This document shows, piece after piece, positions 1 to 12,200 of a stretch of 64,000 bases of DNA; within the stretch, counting starts at the first letter, position 1, and every line of letters begins with the position of its first letter. The stretch comes from Lingula anatina (lineage: Eukaryota; Animalia; Brachiopoda). Where the stretch lies: assembly GCA_051362555.1 (NCBI GenBank), contig CM120645.1:16368001-16432000 (forward strand), read 5' to 3'. A program made the position numbers and the translations under genes. Under the pieces are notes generated by a model that was not told the origin of the DNA, did no database searches, and saw only the letters and a program-made list of their open reading frames with translations.

Positions 1-456
1 TTTTATCCTTCGTTTGATTTCTTTTTCCAGTGTTCGATCACTAAGGCTGAACCGTTGCCCAAGGTATATATACTCTTCTACTGCTTCTATCTCTTTGGTG
101 TTGACCTTCACTGTGCAAGGGGTGGTTAGTGGTCCAAACATCACCTTTGTCTTGCTGGTGTTCATCTTTAGCCCACTTTTTGCGCTTTCATCTGCTAACG
201 CCTGTAGCATTTCTTCGAGGTCTTTTGCATCATCTGCAACTATTATGATGTCGTCTGCAAACCTTAGGTGATTGAGCCTGGTACCGTCTATATTTATGCC
301 CTTGTCCTGCCAGTCTAGATCCCTGAATATACGTTCCAATGCTGCTGTGAACAGTTTAGGAGAGATTGTATCTCCTTGGCGTACACCTTTCTTGATCCTG
401 ATCTTATTGGTGGTCTTGTGTAGTTTGACTGTTACAGAGCTATCGGTGTATATGTC
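1..456 (-). mobile_element. RTE-clade non-LTR retrotransposon, 5'-truncated reverse transcriptase fragment running off the window edge
   Basis: Minus-strand frame is open and reads IRIKKGVRQGDTISPKLF...LNHLRFADDIIIV...GLKMNTSKTKVM...EEYIYLGQ...EIKRRIK. These are the QG-x-x-SP and FADD RT motifs typical of RTE-like LINEs. Confidence 0.9.
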
Positions 457-2401
457 AGGGTGGGAGGGGGAGCAGAAGAGAAAAGCGAATAACTGTATAA
501 GCAATATACTAGGGAATACCCTGCTATTTATATTTTTTTCAATTCTTGCCGAGAAGTATCCGATCGATCGATCGATCTCGCGGATATTTCACATGGTCGT
601 TTAAACCAATGATTTTTAAATAACCCACACCCCACCCCACCGAACGTCATATAAGCATGTTTCCGAAGAAAACTATATACCAAAGAAAATAATTTAGAGG
701 CCAAAAGAGAGAGACAGCCAAGGGAACGCTTCTGTATGAATATAGAAAACTGTAGCTTTAATATAGACATAATGAATCAATAAACACAAATTCCTACAGT
801 ATGAAACAGCTGACCATGTTCGGATTTGATTGATCATGACTGGTTCACATATATGGCGCATACCCGTAAATAAAGAGTATTTACTGTTGTTTTTGGGCCA
901 TGGAGCCAATCCAAGGGCGAAACACAAATATTCAACGTTAATTGTACATCTAATTTAATTGTTCGAAGACTTTACCAAACCGCATATTTAAGGCCCCTAT
1001 TTTGCGCATTTTATCTCTATTCAACTACATGTATTATGTTATGAAATAACGTTCTGAAATTAAAAAGATGTCAAGTTGAGCCTTTCTTTTGATATACTTT
1101 ATCATGTTTTGTGATTATTTGGCTTGATCTTTTAAGAAGATATATAACTCCCCTCCCCTGCTCACACTTATTTCAACCTGTAAGAATGTTAAGTCTGGCT
1201 CGGGAAATAAAATCTCACTATCTCCACATCTGGTTTCTATCAAGCTCGTTCAAGAGCTTAGGACAAACATAGCTCCTCGGACCAGGAAATCAGGAGAGGG
1301 GAGTAGAGTGGAACATGTCTTCTCAATATGGAAATCTATATATTTTTGGTAATTTCATTTTTTTTACATTTATATGCACTATAACATTCACTTTCTCGAA
1401 TAAATATCATGTTCACACATGTCTGTAACTGTCCCGAATTAGATGAGAGTGTTTTAAACTAAAAACATCTTGTCAATAACCGGTAGCCAGTTAGCCGGCA
1501 GAGTGATTTAGTTATTATGATTAACATTAATTTTTTTTTGTTAATTTCAAACAATCTTTACTGTTTGCACGTATACTTGTACTCTTTACCTGTACTCTGC
1601 GCCATATAATAGTAATGGCGCAAAGTAGTGATACTTGTAAAATCCTATACAATTTTATTTTTTTCGAGTATAAAATTTTATAAAACGTTGAATACAAAAT
1701 TGTTATAAAGACATGAAAGAATCAGGGTGAGCATATATGCTCGGAGTTTTGTCGGAGGGGGATATTTCTCGAGTTCAACTCACTGCCCTGTGAAGCCATA
1801 TTTTTGTGGCCTGAGATGCCGTATCCGTTACTTTGTGACATGACCTGCAAAAAGCAAGTCTGCGCGCGCTCTTTTCTTCTTTCATATCTCTCGCATTAAT
1901 CAAGAAACAGAGTATCAATTCCAGGTGCTCGGGCGGGATGGAAGCATGAAGGGAATTAATCATTATTAGCAGTATCCTTGGGACACAAGGTATATACTCT
2001 GCAATTTATCTGTATGCTGTGAAATATCACCCAACTAGCCTGTTGATCTCGCGAATCAACCAAATTAGCGTTCACTTGGTTGCTAAACTGCAAGTCACTA
2101 ACCCCTCCCCTCCCCTAAACGTCATACTGGCAGGTATGCAAGTGAAGACTATACCGCAGAAAAAATTTGGGGCCCAAAAGAGAGACAGCTAAGGACACGT
2201 TTGGGGAACACGTTTGAACACGTCATAATTGACATTTTCAGGTGTAGGACCAGAGCAGAGCCGCTTGTAAACAGTTTAGAACCAAGAGACCGAATCTGGT
2301 TTGAGGACCAGAAGAGAGGCTTAATACACGCCTCCGCTGCATCCAAAATTTGAAGGGGGCGTACGGTTCTAAAATCCGTGCAACCGGACCAAGGCTTTAT
2401 A

Positions 2402-2843
2402 CAACATTGGTCAAAAAGGTTGTTCCACCCCCATTTCCATGTGCTTTTATTTTTACAAATGATCACCTCATGTCTAACATTATTAATGTTTAAAAAATAT
2501 AAAATAGTGGTGAAAATATACACATTTAAGCCATTTAGTAAAACTTATAAGAGGTACCCCCTTAAATCCACTGTTTCACTGTGACTTCTACAGGTGTAAA
2601 GAAATGTCTATTTTAATATTTTAATTTAAAAATTGAAAAGACGCCATCAAATGCCACCAAATTCCGTGCCTAACAGCGTGTGCGTCTACCGCGTACTGCA
2701 ATTATCTCCTGTAGACGGCGCGTCAAGCCTTCAACATGGGTAAATATTCTCTTATGTGGGACAGTGCCCCATTCTTCTTAAACAAGTTGGGGAAGATGGT
2801 CCACGTTTTTATGGGGTTGGTTCAACCTTTTTGACCAATGTTG
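2402..2843. mobile_element. Non-autonomous Tc1/mariner derivative (MITE), internally deleted relative of 17314-18928
   Basis: TIR CAACATTGGTCAAAAAGGTTG / CAACCTTTTTGACCAATGTTG with TA on both sides; the body aligns by eye with 17314-17780. Confidence 0.85.
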
Positions 2844-2988
2844 TATAGCATGTACTCTGTACAAGACTTCGCGACTGTATATTTGTTCCATGTGATGCTT
2901 TATGCGTTCTATGTCAAATCTAATTATAAGTAAAAAGAGAATTCAAGATCAATTTTTATATACATGTATCTATTTAAAGAATGCTCAC

Positions 2989-3268
2989 TGTTTTCATAAC
3001 TGTATCCATAGACAAATCCATACAAACGAGGCCATTCTTGTGCAGGTAGACCAAGGCGTCCGCCAGTTGCATTAGACAACCTACCGGTTCCTTGAGTAAA
3101 TTATGGTCCAGCTGACCCGGGAGGACTTTACGACTGCCCTTGCCACTGCTGAAGACCCTCAAACTTGTCAGACGCGGGGTTATGATAAGAGCTGGCAGTT
3201 CGTTTGTTGGATCCAAATAAGTACCCAGTATGGTGGGAATGAAACTCCTCTTTTGTTGCTTCATTTTA
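2989..3268 (-). CDS. Coding exon 7: kinase hinge to catalytic loop (QLADALVYLHKNGLVCMDLSMDTVM)
   Basis: Acceptor ttttttccag| keeps phase 2; donor ACA|gtgagc; subdomain VIa/VIb-like sequence. Confidence 0.85.
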
Positions 3269-6200
3269 CTGGAAAAAATCATTTGTCCATGTGTAGTGTC
3301 CTATTTAATGTATGGTGCCAGTCATAAATCTCTAGGATTAAAAAAGAAAAAAACTGAACTGAAGAAAGCATAGAGAATGCTTAAGACAAACAAATGTCAA
3401 CTTCAAATTTCTACACACCTCATTTCAATGACTTCCTCACGTACTTGCTTCTCACTTGTAGCCCCTTTAAATCGTTTTACAGATATTTCGATGGATTGAT
3501 CTTTTGGGGATTTTAAGATGGCAGGGAAAACTTCAGTCCAGTTCCCTTCACATGTCGTTTGCTTTTTCACAGAATTGATGTCTGGTTCCACATCTGTCTC
3601 GTTATAATCATACGAGAAAAGATGTGTCATAGCAAAATCTTCCAGCGCATTGCTAACTGTGGTAAACTTCTTGACGACAGGGTCATAGGTGTCGATGAGC
3701 TGCTCTTTAGACCGTTGGTCTTCTTTAATGGTCTGCATGTAGTTTCGTGTTGAAGATATAAGCTGTGGAATGGACTTGCTCATCATCTGTAGATGATCCC
3801 TGGCCTCTTGGAGTTGAGCATCGACATAGGCCTTTGTAACATCATGCTTAGCCATAATTTTCAAAGCCTCGGATGATCTGTCTCGCAGAAATTCACATTT
3901 GTTCTGCTCATACTGCTTTAAGATACGTTTCTCTTTCCGCTTCCTAACATGCTTTTTTACGTCAACAAAAAAAAATGCCGGTGACGCAAGAAGCATGCCC
4001 AACGCACCGATTGGTAAAATAATTGGTGAAAATAAACCGAGTGCAATTTTTTCACCTAGCTTCAAGTCTACAATTGACATTTTGTTCACCTCATTGGCCA
4101 TTAGGTCTTGTAACTCCATATATGTTGCCAAATCTCTACTTTCCCTGGAATCTGTTTCCGAGGACCTTTCCAGCATGTTTTCAATCATTCGCAGCTCAGA
4201 TTCAATCAACTGGAAGTCTTTAGTGAATTTCTGGAACAAGTCTCTCTTGAGGGTTTCAAAATGTTTTTTCTCCGTTTCCCAAGAGCTAATGGCATCAATG
4301 ATTTTTTTACAGATGGCATCTTCTATTCTACCTTCTAAATAGTTCCAACTTAACCCATAAGGAGCTTCCGCATTGGTCCATGAGGTGACTCGAGCACAGA
4401 CAGGGTCGCTGCTAAGATATTTAGAAAGAGAATCAGTAATGGTGTCACATTCTTTATTAAGGTGGCCCTCTAGTTTTTTCAAAATTTCTTCCGACTTTTT
4501 CTCAAGTCTGTCCAACCGTTTCTTCTGTGAGTTGTGCTGAGCCTCGAGCTCATCCCTAGTCAAATTGGCAGAATGAAGATACTGCTGGGCATAATCTATG
4601 GTGCGCTCTACCATATGTTTGCCCCATCTAAATATAAACATAAGTCAACATCTTACTTGGTTGATTCTCTTAGCAAGATCTTACCTGTATTATAAAGATA
4701 TTTTAAACACACCCAGGAACTGGCCTAGAATCTTTATGAATTTAAACGTACACTATATGTAAATATGGTTTTAATATCACAATTTGGTATCTTGTTATTA
4801 CAAAAACAAATACGGACTATTTTCGATAAAGTTTACTTGAATACATTGGATAAATAAAGAATGTAAACTTAAACACACCGGTGCACATGCTCCGTCCTTC
4901 TTTGCAAACTCACTGGAATCAGGCTCTTGATGCCTCTGACCAGTCGCCTGTAGTCGTGAGTCATGTACCCAGCCTGACTGTGCTGCCACGCCATTTTAGC
5001 AGAAAGGGTAAATATCTGCTTTGATGAATCCATGGGCCGGTTCCAGCCCTCACTCACAGCCAAAGACACCTTCTCTAAAGCCTTTTCCCTCACGTCCTCC
5101 GGTACCAGATCCCAGCGGTTGCAGACAAAAATTGCACAACCAGGGTCAAATACTGGCTCACCAGAAGTATCCTTCATATCTTGAAGTTGCCGCAGCAATG
5201 TTTGGAGCTAAAGAAAGAAAACCAGAAAAGGAACATGCTATCATACGGTTTTTACACATTTAAAATCGTTTTATTTAATCTCACATCTTCAAACGAAAAA
5301 CAAAAGGCTATCACACAAATTACATCTGAAGTGAGCTGAAAATAATGTCTGAAAACCAAAATATTATTTCTGACTGTTGGTGGCCGTTTTGCATTTTAAA
5401 CAGTAAAGGAACGAAATCAGTTTATTTTCTCTGCACATGTGGGCTAAAATAGTGGTTTGAGCATAATAAATGAACATTTTATGTACTCTCTGGTAAAAAG
5501 CCGTATTTCAAGGGAATAACCCATCTGCCATTAAATCCCGCAAACTACATTGCTTATTAGTGTATAACTGAATTATAAGTACAGTATATTTTCGAATGGT
5601 CTACTTTTGGTGTCCAAATATGACATTTATGTCTCCTCCATCCCAGTGTACCACAAACTTGCATAGTCCCATTCATAACAAAAGTTAAGGCAACAAAGAC
5701 TATCGTTTGTTCATGATTTGGCCAAACAAGGCCGCTTTTATTATATAAACTCCTAAAAATTTTAACAATAATAACAATGTAGCAAATTGTTGCCTGCATT
5801 CAATGTAATGGCCTTAGGGATAAAAATTAAATATGAAATATTAAATAAGATTCATCATTCTAAAAATTATGATGTGACGTGTCAGCAAAAGGTATTATTT
5901 TCAAACAATTCTGCACAAATTTCGTTTGTGGGGTTGCAAGAGGCCCACACTATGCAACGGTTATCGTAAGCTGTGTTCCACGATAAGCAATTATTTGACA
6001 ACAGTAGTGCATCTAATTTAGCTTGTCTGATGGCAAAGGCCAGGTCAATGCATTGCAGGACTCGCAATACAATTCTACATAAGTACCGGCATGACAATGC
6101 TGTTAGCGGGTGACCTAACCCCTACCTCGGAAATGCAAAGACACAAAACGTGCCACTCACTCCCACGAAGCGGAGCGGAATATTAAGACACAAAACGTGC

Positions 6201-9200
6201 CACTCACCCCGACGTAGCGCAGCGGAACAAAAAGTTACAAAAATAAGGCATGAAAAATTATGCCACTCAACCTGAAAAACAGGTCGGAAATGCAAAGACA
6301 CAAAACGGTGTTGAAATTAATTATATACTACAAACATCTAAAAAATCAAGGGCTGTTACCCTTGTGGAAAACCTGCAGTATGTTTAAAGATCTAAGGATA
6401 AAAGGAAAAACCTCCCGGTGGCCCTGAAAAGGTGGGGCCTGAAAAGGTGGGGCATGTAATGAAGTTGAAAACCGGATATCTGAAAAGATCAAGGGCTGCA
6501 ACCCTTGTGGGAATCCTGCGGTATGATTTAAGATCTAAGAATAAAAGGTAAAGGTCGGGGTCTGAAACAAGAAGAAGTGCGTCTGTGGGCCTGAAAAGGA
6601 CTAATGATGAAGTTGGATTCTCTGCCCAGAATTTGGTAAGTGGTCTGCAATGGAGGAACTATATATCCTGAAAGAAGTATTGGTTTAGAAATTACTTCTG
6701 GTCATCTGTAAGAGAAATAAGGGACCGTTCACATGGAAAGTCCATTTTTCAAAAAACCCACCCTCTACTCGCGGTATCTTGTGATCACGGTCTGTGCCCT
6801 GTTACCCAGTTACTTCCGTGATCACAAGATACCGCGAACAAAAAACAGATTTTCAGAAAATATACCCTCCATGTGAACTTGCTGTGCTGAACTTGAATCA
6901 CCACCACATGTGAAACGCCGAATTCGTCGTGAAAACGACGGACTAAATCTTCAATGACTTTACATTGGTTAGGAGGGGAAATATTACGGTCGGAAAAGTC
7001 GTTGGACCCAATGATAAGTACGAGCTGTTATTGGCGAATATAGCCTTGATTCGTTGGTATATTAATTTATATTTAACGGCTGGTATAAATAGTGGCTATA
7101 CAGACCACCCGTTTACGTTAATTAACAAAACACTTTTAAAATATAAAACAATACAACTTTAGCTACACTACGTTCTTATTAGAAACCGGCCATCGGTGAT
7201 TGAGGAAGCTTGTGTATGAATTGCCCTCTTTAGGCGCTAGCACGGTTGCCAGGGTGTACGTATGGGATCATGTAAGACTTCTGTCTGTATTCTTAAGGGA
7301 GGGATGTACCCAAATATAGCTAAAAATCGTCATTTTTGGGTTTTTATGTCTAATTATTGGTTAAATGTGTATCTAACGTTTAACAGAATAAAATGTTTAC
7401 ATTTTGAACAAAAAATATGTTTTTTCTGAGGATTCTGATGCTGCACACATCGGCACCGGTGGCCTGGTCTATGCCCCGCCTTCGTTGCCAAGGGTCGATG
7501 GCATGGGTTAACTCGGTGGGTGGACCTTAGCAGCATCAGCACGACTAGAGAAACAATAGAACAGGGATGCGCCATGCCCCCTTTGTCATTAAACAGCGAT
7601 CGGCAAAGCAGTGCCTATTGTTCCGTTTAAGCTGTTGTGATAGTCGCTCTTGATTGTGATCAGCGCTAAGATGAATCTTTTCCGACACATTGGATTTGCT
7701 CGAAATACGCGTTCTCCCTTGAATTGCTTGTTGTTACACGCGCTCTTTCAATTTTCTTGTTAACTTTTTGAGATACGCAAGAAAAGAAGAAAATCCCGTT
7801 GCTTGCTACCCGTGACAACAATCGTCATACTTTCGATCCATTTTCGACAACAGCACGATGCAGTTGTTAGATTTTAAAAATCCTATCTATGCAACTTGGG
7901 CAATATGGCCATCGAGCCGCAACTAGCCTCTAGCCCTCTCGAGCTCTTAATTATTTCTGCTTACCAATGATCATCGGAAAATTAACTATGATAATATCTA
8001 ACCTTTCCACCTGAAACGCAGTTAACTCAAGTGTCAAGATGACATCAAGCTCTAGTCTAGCTAGCATGCCATACTAATTTCAGCTTATATGCAATTATTT
8101 ATTTGTGCATCACTTAAAGTTAAATACCTTGATTTCGACTTATCTGCAATTATCAGGTTAGGCATTATTAAAAGTTAACGATCTGATAATATCCCCCCAG
8201 TTTCCATCTCGCGTCCAGTCCACTCTTGAAAGTGTGCTATATAAACAGAAGCACGTGCAGTTGTAACTCATAAGTCTTAGACCCCATTTCCAGAGATAAG
8301 ATCGATCTACTTTAGATCGACCTAACTCCCTATGGGTTCACGTTAAATAGCTGTCAGCCGGGCGGACACGAAAGTTAATTACCCCCTTACAGCTTGTAGT
8401 AGGCGGGACGGACATTTAAGGCGGATTATCTGAGAGTAATGTAGTGGGGATAGATCGATCTAAAAGCTCTGGGAATACAGGCTTACGTCGGTAAGCATAA
8501 ATCGCTGTCGAGATGGGTAAAAGAAAGAGAAAATCAAAAAATACATTTCCTGAAGAACGTAAGATAATATTAACCATTGGACGAATACTGGAATCACATA
8601 CAAGATTGTTTTGCGTAAATAAAAGTCTTGAGCCCACATCCTAGCAAAATTATTCACTGGGTGGCGTAAAGGTTCAATACATGTGCATTAAAAAAAGTTC
8701 AGCAAATAAATCTAATGATATTGCTAGAATTCGCGCGAACTATATCAGGCTGAGATCACGAAAGAGCTTATTATCAACATTTTGATTTTTCCGAATTATT
8801 CATTTCGACTATAAGATATGAGCTGGAGAATAAGCCCTTGCATTTTAAACGCAAATGCTGTTATACCGCGAGGTACAGTTCTGGATGCATGTACGCACTT
8901 TCAAGGCCGACATAGTGCTTTTTTCTTCAACAATTAACGCAGAATTTTTCCTGACTCACCCAACTTTAGACATCTTCTAACAAAGCCTTTCTGGTTGCGT
9001 CTATTTCTTGTTGTTGATGGTCCGATCGGCGTCCTGTAACACGACCGTGTTTTCGAACCATTTTTGCTTGGCGAATGTGGACAAGACCGGCTGCGATGCT
9101 GCTATTGTGTTCACATCCTAGAGCGCATCCCTTACATTTTCCCCGATGGCAATTGACGTGGCCACTGATTGCTTGCCTTACTTGATTGCCTGTCAATCAT

Positions 9201-12200
9201 TCTGGTAGTGCTAGCGGTAACCCCTTGAAGTTACTATGAGGAGGCGAGATTAATACAAAAATAAGATTTTCTGACATCCAAATGCATGCAAACTAGCTAA
9301 TTTAATAGAGTACCGTTAATAGAGTACCCATCTGCGCGATTGTCAGAACGATAACAGGTAAAGCTGTCAACAATTTAATTTGCTATTTTGGACAATTAAC
9401 CTCCCTGAAAGGGTTCTTGCTCTTTTTCTTTGCTTTCAATATTGACGACATAGCGTTATCGTAGCAAGCTATTACTGTCTACCTGTACACCTGAGGGAGA
9501 CCAAATTCACCATGCTAATTATGAAAAGTATGCACTAAAAGTGCTTTTTAAGAAATTTTGATTGATCCTCTCTTTTCTAATTTATAGAAAGCGAAAATTT
9601 CCTAATATTTTGATGTAATTGACGTTTTTATAGATAAAATCAACAATAGTTTCTAAAGAAAAATCCCTGACTCCATCCTGTAGTACTTTGTTCAAGTGTT
9701 ATAATGCCATTAAAAGCAAGTTTATAGCTGTCCAGGTGCCTGAGAAAATCAGGTGTATAAAAATGGCGGTTTTTGTCCCCAAAATCCCAATATTACGTCA
9801 AACGATGAAGTTGGAGCTTAAAAGAATTGGGTATCTCCCGCTTTTCATAATATACTAAGTTATATACAATGAACTAAGTTATGTACAATGAACTAAGTTG
9901 TCAGTAGTGCTCTTTTTTACACCCAACATTCTTAAAAAAATCCGTTTGTGGCTTTCTTATACCCCTTACCAGGTTAAATCTCCATGCATAATTTAAAATG
10001 TACTAACGTACGTAAAACTGCACATTTAGTAAACACATTAAATAAATGGTTTTTTCAATGCTACTAGTAGCAAACAATGCTTTTTTTCTTGATCTACAAC
10101 ATGTTTTTGGGTTTGACAAAGCTTACAAATTTGCAAAAAGTTTTGCGTACAGACGCAGAACTTGTGTTTTAAGTTATAAAATGATAAATCTTTAAATTAT
10201 TTAATATTTCAAATGAAATAACCATCAGAAACAAATCCTCAAAGCATAAACGAATTAGGATAACGAACCATTTTATTACAGCAGTTCCCATTTTTTCTTT
10301 AATATACCGCTCTTTTTCCTGTTTTTCCTCAACACGTTTTCTTCCACGGAAGTAATGCCTGGACATACGCATGCTTCAAGATACCCTGAGAGCAATATCC
10401 TTTATTGCACTGCATGAAAAAAACACCTTTCATCGCCTTTCATCTACAAAATGTTATCGAAAGATGATCCCTCATCTTTGATCATCCTTTCCTGACGAAA
10501 ATGTCATCTTTCACCTATCATTTGTAAAAGGTCATCTTTTTATTAACTTTTATCTCTCGGAAAGACCATCATTCACATTTTCATTAACTTTCAGTTTTCA
10601 AAAGTTCAACTATCACCTTTTACATTGCAAAAGGCCACCTTACATTCCGTTTTTGTTAACTGGAAAGGTCACGTTTTGTTTATCTTTTATTTTCCGAAAG
10701 CTTAAAACTGATTTTATAATATCGAGTGGTGATCTTTTGATTATATACTTTTTATTTTATGTACATGAATTAATTCCGAATTTTACAGTAAGCGCAGTAT
10801 GGAAAAAGCTAATACTTTTGCAAATTGTTTGCATGATGAAATGGAAATGGACTTTGATTAAACTATTCAACAGAGAGATTAAATGTGGTGCTTTGCATTT
10901 TGGAGAAATAATTACGCAATCTTACATTGGCTCGGGTTTATGTACAAATATATAGCATTCAGTGCAGTGAAAGAAGTGTTCACCGCCTTTTACCTGAGGT
11001 AAACATATAATCTTGACGCTATGAACGACAAACAACTTTCAGAATCGAACGTAACTTATATTTTTATTCCAATATTGTCAGGATTTAAATACACTGCTAT
11101 ATTGTAAGTTTATTAGTAAATTTAATCAGCTTCAGATAAAATCTCTGAGTAGGTTTTTTTATCCGCTTTGAACAAAATAAACTGATAATGTTTTTGGAGG
11201 TAGGCCTTCAGGAATGCAAGTTTCATTGAAAGTGAATCTTCAGTGTTTTCATAACTTTTTTTATGAAAATTAGACAACAATCGTGGCGCTCAAAAGATTA
11301 AGATAGTAAAAGACTTATTGTAACAAAAAGCCATCGTTAAAAAGAGGTGGTTTGGTTGTTGATTTATTAGTCAATATTACACTCATTTCAGCAAATACTA
11401 CCTAACACAAGTATTGAAAAAGATGAATACATACATGAACAAACCAGTAATCGAGCGACATTTGAAAGTCCTGAGGATGTAGAGCGTCACATGCAGGAAC
11501 TGCAGACTGCTTGGACTAAGAAAAATTCGAAACATGTAAAGGCGTTGCTGAGGAGCACACGACCACACCAACGAAGTATCCATGCTTCAAAGAAAACACT
11601 TATGTAAGTTTCTTAAGCTGCTCATAGCTAGTTTTGCACATGTCAAAATCCAATGTCAAATTTAAGCTTTTAAATATGCTAACTTTAAGAAATCTTATAG
11701 ATTACAGTGTCAAAATAAAGAACCTGCTGCCAAAATTGTATGCCGGGTCTCGTCTCTCTGCTATGACTGCCTGACCACCCTTGTTTCATGGTTTGATCCA
11801 CCTTGATCACATGTTTAGCCACCATAATGTTTGGCGTGTAAAGCTTTATACAGATAAAAAGTTCCTTTGTTGCTTGTGTTGATGCGCATTTTACAGATGT
11901 TTTTAGCCTAGAAGTTTGGCACTTTCTTTCAATAACCTGATCGTTTGTAATACGTTTTAGGCACATCAAGCTGATGCGCATGTAATTATCAATGTATGAT
12001 TGTTTTAGCTATGTTTACTACTTGTATTCAGAACGATGATTTAGTAATAACTATATTGTGTAATCAGCATATTTGTCGGTTTTATATGACTTAAAAACTT
12101 TGTGCGATCACTGATGTGAAGAACATTGAAGTGTGTAACGTTTTTATTGTAATTTTGTCCTCTTACAAATAATGCATTTTGATTGAAGGACACCAAGTGT

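Noticed and set aside
14-604. Plus-strand ORFs 14..271 and 272..604
   Set aside because: They are antisense shadows of the RTE reverse-transcriptase frame.
1775-1963. ORF with IPPE as the next kinase exon (APE motif)
   Set aside because: No DFG-like or subdomain IX pattern and no convincing splice sites; the remaining exons probably lie left of the window.
7293-9970. Possible TTAA-flanked element starting GGGAGGGATG
   Set aside because: No matching right TIR or TSD was found.
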